Source: an uncultured Bacilli bacterium
GTDB taxonomy: Bacteria > Bacillota_I > Bacilli_A > RF39 > UBA660
NCBI GenBank assembly: GCA_947623665.1
Contig: CANQHJ010000002.1
Coordinates: 1-50,949 of the forward strand
Direction of reading: 5' to 3'
Length of the DNA stretch: 50,949 bases
This document shows, one piece after another, positions 36,664-45,752 of this stretch. The first letter of the stretch is position 1. Each line of letters begins with the position of its first letter. A program made the translations under genes and the position numbers. Under the pieces are notes generated by a model. That model was given only the letters and a program-made list of their open reading frames with translations, was not told the DNA's origin and made no database searches.

Positions 36664-37776
36664 ATGGCAGTTCAAAATAATAGAAAAGTTAAAGTCTCTA
36701 CTAATCAAGTTTCTAATAGCAAAAAGAATAATACTGTTAGTAAAACAATGGGAAAAATAGATACAAAAAAAGTTTTTCCTAAAAAAAAGGATTCAGTAGA
36801 GGTAGAAGAAATTAGTGTAGAAGAAGCGTTATCTACTAGAGTTAAAAGATATCAAAAGTTTTATGATAATAGTACTAATAAAAACATTGAAGAAAAAAAG
36901 GGAGATAATAACCTATCTATTACTAAACAACAAAAATTTAATTTTGAAAATACATCTATAGAAGATGAGATGGATACTAGTTTTACAGATGAAAATAAAA
37001 AAAAGAAAGTATCTAATAAAAAGGAAAATGTTAGTGTAAAAATTGAAGAGATTCCAATAAAAAGAGAATATATTCAAAAACATGAAGATTATTTTACAAT
37101 AACAACATTATTTTTGACTGTAGTGATAGTTTTTATGGGTGTGTTTTTAATATATCATTTTGGAACTTTTGATCATGATAAAGTAAAAGTGGTTACTAAA
37201 GTTAAGAAGGTGGCAGTAGTTCCTGAAAATATTGTGTTTTTAGGAGACTCTATTACTAATTTTTATGATTTGGATAAATTTTATAAAAATAAAAACGTTG
37301 TTAATAGTGGAGTTAATGGAAATATGACTACTGATATATTAGATGATTTGAAAACAAGAGTTTATCGATATAATCCATCTCATGTGATATTATTAATAGG
37401 TACAAATGATTTAGCTGATGGAAGAGGTAAAGAAGAAATTGTTGATAATATAAAAAAAATTATTAAGGAAATTAAGAAAAATGTTCCTAATGCAAAAATA
37501 TATTTGGAAAGTATTTATCCTATTAATGATAGTGATGATGATAAGATAAATCATAATACAGTTGATGAAAGAAAAAATGATGATATTAAAGATATAAATA
37601 AAGATTTAAAGAAGTATGCAAATGATGCAAAAATTAAATATATTGATTTGTATGATAAGCTTGCAGATGATGATGGTAAGTTAAAAATTGATTATACTAA
37701 AGATGGATTACATTTAAGTGATAAAGGTTATGATGAGGTTACTTTTTATATTAAGAAAATATTAAAAGATGAGTAG
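36664..37776 (+). CDS. Membrane-anchored SGNH/GDSL hydrolase
   Basis: Lys-rich about 150-aa N-terminal region, one TM (ITTLFLTVVIVFMGVFLIY), then SGNH blocks FLGDSITN, LIGTNDL and DGLHLS. ATG 36664 lies behind AAAAGGTAGTGA. Confidence 0.75.
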   Translation: MAVQNNRKVKVSTNQVSNSKKNNTVSKTMGKIDTKKVFPKKKDSVEVEEISVEEALSTRVKRYQKFYDNSTNKNIEEKKGDNNLSITKQQKFNFENTSIEDEMDTSFTDENKKKKVSNKKENVSVKIEEIPIKREYIQKHEDYFTITTLFLTVVIVFMGVFLIYHFGTFDHDKVKVVTKVKKVAVVPENIVFLGDSITNFYDLDKFYKNKNVVNSGVNGNMTTDILDDLKTRVYRYNPSHVILLIGTNDLADGRGKEEIVDNIKKIIKEIKKNVPNAKIYLESIYPINDSDDDKINHNTVDERKNDDIKDINKDLKKYANDAKIKYIDLYDKLADDDGKLKIDYTKDGLHLSDKGYDEVTFYIKKILKDE

Positions 37777-37802
37777 AAAAGATATTCATCTTTTATTTTT
37801 TT
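37777..37802 (+). terminator. Rho-independent terminator
   Basis: AAAAGAT, loop ATTC, ATCTTTT, then ATTTTTTT. Confidence 0.45.
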
Positions 37803-37808
37803 GAATAA

Positions 37809-37838
37809 TTGCATTACTAACTTGTTTCATGATATAAT
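37809..37838 (+). promoter_or_regulatory. Sigma-A-type promoter with extended -10 for the ABC-transporter/GT operon
   Basis: TTGCAT (37809-37814), 18-nt spacer ending in TGA, TATAAT (37833-37838). Confidence 0.5.
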
Positions 37839-37877
37839 TATTAAAGAGTTGTTTAATTAAAGAGGTGATTAAATCTT

Positions 37878-38633
37878 ATGAGAAAACATGATAGAAAACA
37901 TGAAAATCAGAATGCTATTGTAGTTACTAATGTTTATAAAAAGTTTAAATTATTTTATGATAAGCCAAATACTTTAAAAGAACGTTTAGTATTTTGGAAT
38001 AAAACTAAAGTAAATTATCATGAGGTTTTAAAAAATATTAACTTGAAAATAAAAAGAGGGGAGACTGTTGCTTTAATAGGTGTTAATGGTAGTGGAAAAA
38101 GTACACTTTTAAAGTTGATGACTAAAATAATTTATCCAACAACAGGGGAGATTAAGACTTATGGAAAATTAACATCACTTCTAGAGTTGGGAGCAGGTTT
38201 TCATCCTGATTTTACAGGACGTGAAAACATTTATTTTAATGCTTCTATTTTTGGCCTTAGTGCAGCAGAAATTGATAAAAGAGTTCAAGATATAATTGAT
38301 TTTTCCGAACTTGGAGATTATATTGATACTCCTGTTAGGACGTATTCATCTGGAATGTATATGCGACTTGCTTTTTCGGTTGCAATAAATGTTGATGCAG
38401 AGATACTATTAATTGATGAAATACTTGCAGTTGGAGATCAACACTTTCAAGAAAAATGTTTTGCTAAATTACAAGAACTTAAAAAGAGTGATAAAACTAT
38501 TGTAATTGTTAGTCATAGCTTAAATTCAGTAAAAAAATTATGTGATAGAGCTGTTTGGATTTATGAAGGTGAAGTTAGAATGGATGGAAAAGCTGATAAA
38601 GTAATAGATGAATATTTGAAAGTGTGTGGGTAG
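37878..38633 (+). CDS. Polysaccharide/teichoic-acid export ABC transporter, ATP-binding subunit (TagH/Wzt/RgpD-like)
   Basis: Walker A GVNGSGKST, signature YSSGMYMRL, Walker B ILLIDE. 251 aa, with no C-terminal carbohydrate-binding extension. Confidence 0.85.
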   Translation: MRKHDRKHENQNAIVVTNVYKKFKLFYDKPNTLKERLVFWNKTKVNYHEVLKNINLKIKRGETVALIGVNGSGKSTLLKLMTKIIYPTTGEIKTYGKLTSLLELGAGFHPDFTGRENIYFNASIFGLSAAEIDKRVQDIIDFSELGDYIDTPVRTYSSGMYMRLAFSVAINVDAEILLIDEILAVGDQHFQEKCFAKLQELKKSDKTIVIVSHSLNSVKKLCDRAVWIYEGEVRMDGKADKVIDEYLKVCG

Positions 38634-38642
38634 GTGATTGTA

Positions 38643-39413
38643 ATGTTAAGAAATCTTTATAATTATAGACAATTACTTAAAAGTAATGTAAAAAAAGAAA
38701 TTCGTGGTAAATATAAAGGGTCTTTTTTGGGGGTTATTTGGTCATTTGTTAATCCTTTATTACAAGTTTTGGTTTATGCAATAGTATTTCCTTTTATTAT
38801 GAGAAATACTCAAGAAAATTATGTTGTATTTTTGATTATAGGAATTTTACCATGGACTTGGTTTGTTACTTCAATATCTCAAGGAACATCTTGTATTTTA
38901 GCTAATCAAGGTATTATTAAAAAAGTATATTTTCCAAGAGAAATATTGCCTATATCTGTTGTAACTAGTGGATTAATTAATTTTTTAATTTCATGTATTA
39001 TAATATTTATATTTTTATTATTTAGTGGTATAGGATTTAGTTTTTATATAGTATTTTTACCACTTGTTATTATAATTCAGTATATTTTTTCTTTAGGTGT
39101 TTTGCTTATTACTAGTGCAATAGATGTATATATTAGGGATGCTGAATATATTATTAATTTTTTTGTAAATATGTTATTTTATGCTACACCTATTTTGTAT
39201 TCTCCTGATATTTTTGCAGGTTCACCTATTAGTATGATAATAAAAGCAAATCCTCTTGCTATAATTATTACTGGTTATAGAGATGCTTTATTTTATAAGA
39301 CTATGCCTAATTTAAGTTCACTTTTTATAGCTTTTGTAGGTAGTTTAATATTATTGTTTTTAGGAATAGCTATATTTAAAAAATTAGAAAAAGGTTTTGC
39401 AGAGGAGGTATAG
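38643..39413 (+). CDS. ABC-2-type polysaccharide export permease (TagG/Wzm/RgpC-like)
   Basis: About 6 TM helices. The N-terminal region ...YRQLLKSNVKKEIRGKYKGSFLGVIWSF.NPLL is typical of ABC2_membrane. The start is ATG 38643 or GTG 38634. Confidence 0.85.
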   Translation: MLRNLYNYRQLLKSNVKKEIRGKYKGSFLGVIWSFVNPLLQVLVYAIVFPFIMRNTQENYVVFLIIGILPWTWFVTSISQGTSCILANQGIIKKVYFPREILPISVVTSGLINFLISCIIIFIFLLFSGIGFSFYIVFLPLVIIIQYIFSLGVLLITSAIDVYIRDAEYIINFFVNMLFYATPILYSPDIFAGSPISMIIKANPLAIIITGYRDALFYKTMPNLSSLFIAFVGSLILLFLGIAIFKKLEKGFAEEV

Positions 39414-39414
39414 T

Positions 39415-41613
39415 ATGAGTAAATGTGATGTTATTGTTCCTATATATAATGCATACGATTGTGTTATTGAGTGTATCGAGTCAATAATTAAAAATACTAA
39501 GTTTGATGGTAATAAGTTAATATTAATTGATGATAAAAGTAGTGATGAAAAAGTATTACCTAAACTAGAAGAATATGAAAAAAAATATGATTTTATTAAA
39601 CTTTTGAAGAATGAAGAAAATTTAGGTTTTGTTGGTACTGTTAACAAAGGTATGAAGTATTCAAAAAATGATGTAATACTTTTAAATAGTGATACTGAGG
39701 TAACAGATGGTTGGTTAGAAAAAATAGTTAAGTGTGCATATAGTGAAAAAATGATAGCTACAGTAACACCACTTTCTAATAATGCTACTTTAGTTTCTGT
39801 GCCAGTGGGGTTGCAAGAAAATGATTTACCTAATAATATGACGCTTGCAGAGTATTCTAAATTGATAGAAGATGTTGCATATAATGAAAATCAGCAGTTG
39901 CCAACTGCTCATGGATTTTGTATGTTTATTAAAAGAGAAGTTTTAGACATTGTTGGTTATTTTGATGTAGAGGCTTTTGGTCGTGGATATGGAGAGGAAA
40001 ATGATTTTTCTTTTAGATGTTTAGATTATGGGTATAAAAATATATTGTGTGATAATGTAATAATTTATCATAAAGAAAAACAATCATTTTCAGAAGAGAG
40101 AGAAAAATTAGTTAAAGAAAATTTGAAGACACTTCATGATAGATATCCTGTATATTCTAGAAGAATTGAACTTTGGTGTGAGAATTTTCCTATAAAAAAG
40201 ATATGTGAAAATATTGATTATCAGATAAAACTTCATGATAGAAAGAATATTTTAATATTAATACATGATTGGGAAGATGCTAAAAATAGTGTTGGAGGAA
40301 CAACACTACATGTATGGGATTTAATACAAAATTTAAGAAAGTATTATAACTTTCATGTTTTAGCGCCCTCAGATGGTATTTATAAATTAGTTTCATATTT
40401 TGAAAATGATGAGAAAATGGTTAAATTTAATCCAGTTGATAATTATGGTATGTTTTCTTTTTATAATAGGCAATATAGAGATATGATAGATAAAATAATT
40501 GAGGGATTTAGAATTGATACTGTTCATATTCATCATATGTTAGGACATTTTTTTGATGTTGTTGATGTGTGTAAAAAAAGAGGTGTTTATTCGATGATTA
40601 CTCTTCATGATTTTTATTCATTATGTCCTTCTATTAATATGTTATATAAGATGGAGAGGTATTGTCCTAGAATGAAAGAGAAAAACTGTGGTGAATGTTT
40701 AGTATATAAAACAGGTATAAAAAATAATATAGTTGATAATTGGCATAAAGTATGGGCAGAAAATTTATCTCAATTTGATAAAATAGTTGTTCCATCTAGT
40801 GATACTAAAAAAGAAATTAATAATGTTTATAAAGATATAAAAATTGATGTTATGGAACATGGTTTAAATTTAGAGAAAAGCTCTTATAGAAGTTCTATAA
40901 ATAATACAGAAGAGTTTAATGTTGCTTTTGTTGGTGTTATGGCTGCTCATAAGGGAGGTAAAATTTTACAATCATTAATTAAACATACTAAAAGTAAAAA
41001 TATTAAATATCATTTATTTGGAACTAGTGAATTTAAGGAATTAGAAAATAATAAGTCAAATTATGTATATCATGGTAGATATAAAAGAGAAGATTTGCCT
41101 AATTTACTTGCAGAAAATAAAATTAATTTAGTTTGTAATTTTTCTATTTGGGCTGAGACTTATTCATATACACTTACAGAAGAGATTGCCAGTGGTGTTC
41201 CGGTTTTAAGCTTTGATATTGGTGCAGTTGGTGATAGAATAAAAAAATATAAATTTGGATATGTTATGAATGTTGATAGTAGTACAGAAGAAATACTTTC
41301 TAAAATAGATAGTATATTTAGTGATAAAGATGCATATCAAAAGGTCATTGAAAATATTGATAAATATAAAATTAAGACTGTTTTAGAGATGTGTAGTGAA
41401 TATGATGATATTTATAAAAGTATTAAGATGATTAAAGTTAATAAAGATAATTCTAAAATATTAAGAAGTATAATTGAAGATAATTATGAAGTGTTAGAGA
41501 CTGTTAATTCTGCTGAGACTGCATGGATATTAAATTCTTTAAAATGGAAAATAGTTTCTAAAATTAAAGTACCAGAATTTGTAAAAAAAGTTGCTCGAAA
41601 GATTGTGAGGTAA
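39415..41613 (+). CDS. Two-domain glycosyltransferase (N-terminal GT2 + C-terminal GT4/GT-B) with C-terminal amphipathic helix
   Basis: The GT2 part has VIVPIYNAY, LIDDKSSD and LLNSDTEV. The GT-B part has ETYSYTLTEEIASGVPVLSFDIGAVGDR. The tail is SLKWKIVSKIKVPEFVKKVARKIVR. ATG 39415 lies behind GAGGAGG. Confidence 0.75.
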   Translation: MSKCDVIVPIYNAYDCVIECIESIIKNTKFDGNKLILIDDKSSDEKVLPKLEEYEKKYDFIKLLKNEENLGFVGTVNKGMKYSKNDVILLNSDTEVTDGWLEKIVKCAYSEKMIATVTPLSNNATLVSVPVGLQENDLPNNMTLAEYSKLIEDVAYNENQQLPTAHGFCMFIKREVLDIVGYFDVEAFGRGYGEENDFSFRCLDYGYKNILCDNVIIYHKEKQSFSEEREKLVKENLKTLHDRYPVYSRRIELWCENFPIKKICENIDYQIKLHDRKNILILIHDWEDAKNSVGGTTLHVWDLIQNLRKYYNFHVLAPSDGIYKLVSYFENDEKMVKFNPVDNYGMFSFYNRQYRDMIDKIIEGFRIDTVHIHHMLGHFFDVVDVCKKRGVYSMITLHDFYSLCPSINMLYKMERYCPRMKEKNCGECLVYKTGIKNNIVDNWHKVWAENLSQFDKIVVPSSDTKKEINNVYKDIKIDVMEHGLNLEKSSYRSSINNTEEFNVAFVGVMAAHKGGKILQSLIKHTKSKNIKYHLFGTSEFKELENNKSNYVYHGRYKREDLPNLLAENKINLVCNFSIWAETYSYTLTEEIASGVPVLSFDIGAVGDRIKKYKFGYVMNVDSSTEEILSKIDSIFSDKDAYQKVIENIDKYKIKTVLEMCSEYDDIYKSIKMIKVNKDNSKILRSIIEDNYEVLETVNSAETAWILNSLKWKIVSKIKVPEFVKKVARKIVR

Positions 41614-41617
41614 TAGT

Positions 41618-42493
41618 ATGAAGATAGTAGGTGTAGTAGTTTTATACAATCCAGAAGATAATGTTATTAATAATATTAAATCTTATTTAGGTTTAATAGA
41701 TAAATTGTATGTTGTTGATAATACTCCTATTCCTAACAATAATATTAATGTTTTTAAAGATAAAAAGATTAAGTATATTTCTAATAATGGTAATAAAGGA
41801 ATTGCTTATGCTTTGAATGAGGGTGCAAAAGAAGCTATTAAAGATAAAGCTGATTGGCTTCTTACTATGGATCAAGATAGTTCATTTAAAGAAGGATCTT
41901 TGGAAAAAATGATAAACTTTTTACAGGAGATAAAGAAAAATAAATTATTAGAAGAGGTATTAGGTCTTAGTTATGATAAAATAGGTGTTTTATCAGTATG
42001 TCATAGGACTGAATTTAATAAAGGAGAAAAACTAACAGGTATTAGTTATCCACTTGTTGTAATGACTTCTGGTAATCTTATTAATTTAGATGTTTATAAA
42101 AAAGTAGGTGGATTTAAAGATTGGTTGTTTATAGATGCTGTTGATTTTGATTATTGCTTAAATGTTCAAAAACATAAATATGAAGTAGTGCAAATGAATA
42201 CAGCTGAATTAAAACATAATTTAGGAAATATTAAGAGAATAGAGTTTTTAGGTAGAACGATGTTTGTAACTAATCATAGTGCTACTAGAAGATATTATAT
42301 AACAAGGAATAGACATTATTTATATGATTTATATCAGGAGGACTTTTTAGATTATTGTGCTATTGAACTTGGTAGAACTAGAAAAGAATTGATTAAAATT
42401 ATTCTTTTTGAAGATAATAAATTAGAAAAAATAAAAGCAATATATAAAGGATATAAAGATTATAAGAAAGGTATTAAAGGTGGGTTAAAATGA
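41618..42493 (+). CDS. Family 2 glycosyltransferase (rhamnosyltransferase-like)
   Basis: VVLYNP, VVDNTP and TMDQDS motifs, as in WbbL/RgpB-type GT2 enzymes. Confidence 0.75.
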   Translation: MKIVGVVVLYNPEDNVINNIKSYLGLIDKLYVVDNTPIPNNNINVFKDKKIKYISNNGNKGIAYALNEGAKEAIKDKADWLLTMDQDSSFKEGSLEKMINFLQEIKKNKLLEEVLGLSYDKIGVLSVCHRTEFNKGEKLTGISYPLVVMTSGNLINLDVYKKVGGFKDWLFIDAVDFDYCLNVQKHKYEVVQMNTAELKHNLGNIKRIEFLGRTMFVTNHSATRRYYITRNRHYLYDLYQEDFLDYCAIELGRTRKELIKIILFEDNKLEKIKAIYKGYKDYKKGIKGGLK

Positions 42494-44562
42494 AAAAATA
42501 TTATAAATCAATAATAGTATTGTTAATATCTATTTTAATACCTTGTATAGTTGAAAAGTTTATATATGTAGAAGAGGCATTTTCTTTTATAAGATTTGGA
42601 ATTTTATTTGGGTTACTTTTTATATTGTTAATTCCTTTTGGCGTTTTTGATAGAAAGAAAGCATTAGAGTTTATATATGATAAAAGATATATAATTGGAA
42701 TATTTATTTTTGCTATATTAGTCTTATTTGGTTTTCATGGTTCTTCTATTTCAATATATAATGAAGCAATACAACCTAATCATAATATTAAAATAGCTAA
42801 TCCTATATTTGGAGAGTCTAGATTAATAAGAGGTGATGAATGGGCTGTTGGAACTCCTACTTTACTTTCACAAACTAAAAATAATTTTAATGAGAAAAGT
42901 AGAATATTAAATGCTAAATTAGATTATGTAACTTTATATCCTAAGGTAATTGCAAAATCTATAAGTTCACTTTCTATGCCTAATTATTTAGGATTCTTAT
43001 TTTTACCTACAGAGCAAGCATTTTCTTTTTCTTGGTATTTTGGATATTTCTTATTGTTTTTTGCTTCATTTGAATTTTTGATGTTAATACTTAAAAAAAA
43101 TAAGTTTTATTCAACTATGGGCGCTATAGTAATAACTTTTTCATCTGTTGTACAATGGTGGGAATGTTGGACTTTAATTTCTTATGGTGAGATTGCAATA
43201 GTATTGTTTGATAAATATTTGAAACAAAAGAAATTATTAAATCAAGTACTATTGGCTATGCTAATTGGTATAGTTGGATGTTGTTATATTATGTGTTTAT
43301 ATCCAGCATGGCAAGTACCTTATGGTTATTTGTTCTTAATATTATCTATTTGGACTATGAAAAATAACAAAGATGATTGTAGTTGGAAAAAGATGTTGAT
43401 GTTAATAGCAATAATTTTTATCATGATTGGAATTATTGTAGTACCTACACTTTTAAAATCTTATGATATATACTCACTTATGACTAATACTGTATATCCT
43501 GGTAAGAGACTTAGTTTAGGTGGATATGGATGGTTTGGTTTATTTAATTATTTTATTTCAAACTTTAGTGTTTTTATGGAAATGGATAATCCATGTGAGG
43601 CTTCACAATTTGTATCATTATTTCCAATACCAGTTATAATGGGAATGTATTATTGGTATAATAATAAAAGAAAATTTAAAAAAGACTTTTTATTAGTAGG
43701 ATTAACTGTTTTAGTTATATTATTATCAGTTTGGAATTTTGTTCCACTACCTGGTTGGGTAGCAAAAATTACTTTACTATCTATGTCTACTCCTAGAAGA
43801 TGTTTGGTAGTTTCGGGATTTATTTGTTTGTTACTTTTGTTTTATTGTTTGTCAAATTATCAAGAAAAAAGTTTAAAATATTTAGTTAAGTTCCAAAACC
43901 TTATTATAGCTGTTTGTATTGTTGCTTTTGGAATATATGTTACTAAGATTCATTATGCAAAATATTTTACTACTAAATTTATTATTATTGATATTATGTT
44001 TTTTGTTCCTGTAATGTTTTTATGCTTATTAAATTATAGAAAAACTAATAAAATTGTATTTGTTTTATTAGCAATCTTTACCTTTGTTGGTGGCGTTTTG
44101 GTTCATCCTTTAAATATTGGATTAGATGTAATTTATAAAAAACCTGTTTCTTTAGAAATAGAAAAAATAGAAAAGAAAGATAAAGATGCTAATTGGATGG
44201 TAGTTGGTAATCAATATTTTGTTCAAAACTATTTAGTTGCTAATGGTGCAGATACAATTAATTCAACAAATTATTATCCTAATTTTGAGTTATGGAAAAA
44301 AATAGGATTAGAAAATAAAGAAAAAATATATAATAGATATGCTCATATTTTAGTTAATTTAACTAATAAAAAATCTTCAGTTAAATTAAATTATAGTGAT
44401 CAATTAGGCTTATTTCTAAATAGTAATGATGTTTGTAAGTTAGATGTTGATTATTTATTGACAACAGGAGAAGAAATAGATAAATATAATACTAATATAG
44501 TTAAATTTAGAAAAATATATGATGAAGATAATATTTTAATATATTCTGTTAAGTGTAATTAG
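42490..44562 (+). CDS. Large polytopic membrane protein, putative GT-C-fold glycosyltransferase (GacL/YfhO-role candidate)
   Basis: 690 aa with about 14 TMs and an acidic loop motif LIRGDEWAV after the early TMs, plus a C-terminal soluble about 150 aa. It overlaps the previous gene by ATGA. The functional call is by context only. Confidence 0.5.
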   Translation: MKKYYKSIIVLLISILIPCIVEKFIYVEEAFSFIRFGILFGLLFILLIPFGVFDRKKALEFIYDKRYIIGIFIFAILVLFGFHGSSISIYNEAIQPNHNIKIANPIFGESRLIRGDEWAVGTPTLLSQTKNNFNEKSRILNAKLDYVTLYPKVIAKSISSLSMPNYLGFLFLPTEQAFSFSWYFGYFLLFFASFEFLMLILKKNKFYSTMGAIVITFSSVVQWWECWTLISYGEIAIVLFDKYLKQKKLLNQVLLAMLIGIVGCCYIMCLYPAWQVPYGYLFLILSIWTMKNNKDDCSWKKMLMLIAIIFIMIGIIVVPTLLKSYDIYSLMTNTVYPGKRLSLGGYGWFGLFNYFISNFSVFMEMDNPCEASQFVSLFPIPVIMGMYYWYNNKRKFKKDFLLVGLTVLVILLSVWNFVPLPGWVAKITLLSMSTPRRCLVVSGFICLLLLFYCLSNYQEKSLKYLVKFQNLIIAVCIVAFGIYVTKIHYAKYFTTKFIIIDIMFFVPVMFLCLLNYRKTNKIVFVLLAIFTFVGGVLVHPLNIGLDVIYKKPVSLEIEKIEKKDKDANWMVVGNQYFVQNYLVANGADTINSTNYYPNFELWKKIGLENKEKIYNRYAHILVNLTNKKSSVKLNYSDQLGLFLNSNDVCKLDVDYLLTTGEEIDKYNTNIVKFRKIYDEDNILIYSVKCN

Positions 44563-44571
44563 GAGGTTTAT

Positions 44572-45297
44572 GTGAAAAATAAAGTTTTGTTGATAATACC
44601 TGCTTATAATGAAGAAGCAAATATTTTGAATACTTATAATAATATTATGAAATATAATAAGAATAATAAAGAAAAGTTAGATGTTATAGTTATTAATGAT
44701 TGCTCAACGGATAGAACTAGTGAAATTTGCCATAATAATAATATACCTGTTATTGATTTAATTCATAATTTGGGAATTGGTGGTGCTGTTCAGACTGGAT
44801 ATAAATATGCTTATAAGAATGGATATGATATTGCAGTTCAATTTGATGGTGATGGACAACATAATGTTAATTATGTTAAAAATATTATTGAACCTATAAA
44901 AAGTAAAGAGGCTGATTTTGTAATTGGTTCTAGATTTGTATCAGATATTGATACATTTAAAACTTCTTTTGCAAGAAGAATAGGTATAAGAATAATTTCT
45001 TTCTTTTTAAAAATTACTACTGGATATAAAATATATGATGTAACATCAGGATTTAGAGCTTGTTCTAAAGAGATTATTAAAGATTTTTCTATATCATATC
45101 CACCTGAATATCCAGAACCTGTTACAAATGCAGAACTTCTTAGAAAAAAATTTGTAATAAAAGAAGTTCCTGTTGAAATGCAAGAGAGAACAGCAGGAGT
45201 ATCATCTATTGGTTCTTGGAAAAATATATATTATATGGTAAATGTTTGTTTATCACTTTTAGTTATAAGGATAAGGAGGTATAAAAGATGCCCTTAA
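44572..45297 (+). CDS. Polyprenyl-phosphate glycosyltransferase (GT2; GtrB/CsbB/GacI-like)
   Basis: IIPAYNEE, VINDCSTDRT, FDGDGQH and a C-terminal TM, matching the DPM1/GtrB architecture. GTG start behind AGGAGG. Confidence 0.8.
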   Translation: MKNKVLLIIPAYNEEANILNTYNNIMKYNKNNKEKLDVIVINDCSTDRTSEICHNNNIPVIDLIHNLGIGGAVQTGYKYAYKNGYDIAVQFDGDGQHNVNYVKNIIEPIKSKEADFVIGSRFVSDIDTFKTSFARRIGIRIISFFLKITTGYKIYDVTSGFRACSKEIIKDFSISYPPEYPEPVTNAELLRKKFVIKEVPVEMQERTAGVSSIGSWKNIYYMVNVCLSLLVIRIRRYKRCP

Positions 45298-45629
45298 ATT
45301 TGATAATTGCTTTAATAACTTTTTCAGTTGTTTTATTTATAATTACTACAATAATATTAAAAAAAGGAAGAATGCCTGAAAAATACTCTTTATTATGGTA
45401 TTTTATATCTTTAGTAATCTTTATGGTTGCTGTGTTTCCTAATACATTTGCTTTTATAACAGAAAAAGCTGGATTTCAAACTATGTCTAATATGATTATT
45501 GGAATAGTTCTTGTTTTACTTACATTTTTGACAATGGCTTTAACTATTATAGTTTCTGGTCAGAAGAAAAAAACAACACTTTTGATTCAAGAAATATCAC
45601 TTTTAAAAAGTGAAATTAAGAAAAAATAA
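45288..45629 (+). CDS. Small 3-4 TM membrane protein (DUF2304/GacJ-like partner of the preceding GT2)
   Basis: 113 aa. It overlaps the GT2 stop by 10 nt behind AGGAGG. Size, topology and position match the DUF2304 proteins that follow GtrB-like GT2 genes. Confidence 0.6.
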   Translation: MPLNLIIALITFSVVLFIITTIILKKGRMPEKYSLLWYFISLVIFMVAVFPNTFAFITEKAGFQTMSNMIIGIVLVLLTFLTMALTIIVSGQKKKTTLLIQEISLLKSEIKKK

Positions 45630-45752
45630 TTAAAAGAATTTTTTCTTTTCTTTTTTATTTTTTTACGTAAAAATAATATATATTTATTAAAATATATTTA
45701 GTTTTGTTGAATTTTGGATTATAATGTCCATATAGGGTAGGAGGTTATATTT

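Noticed and set aside
39384-39647. 87-aa minus-strand ORF at the permease/GT junction, plus 41693-41875 (-) and 48855-49250 (-)
   Set aside because: All three are antisense to motif-supported CDSs (GT2 domains and the ChW protein), with low-complexity translations.
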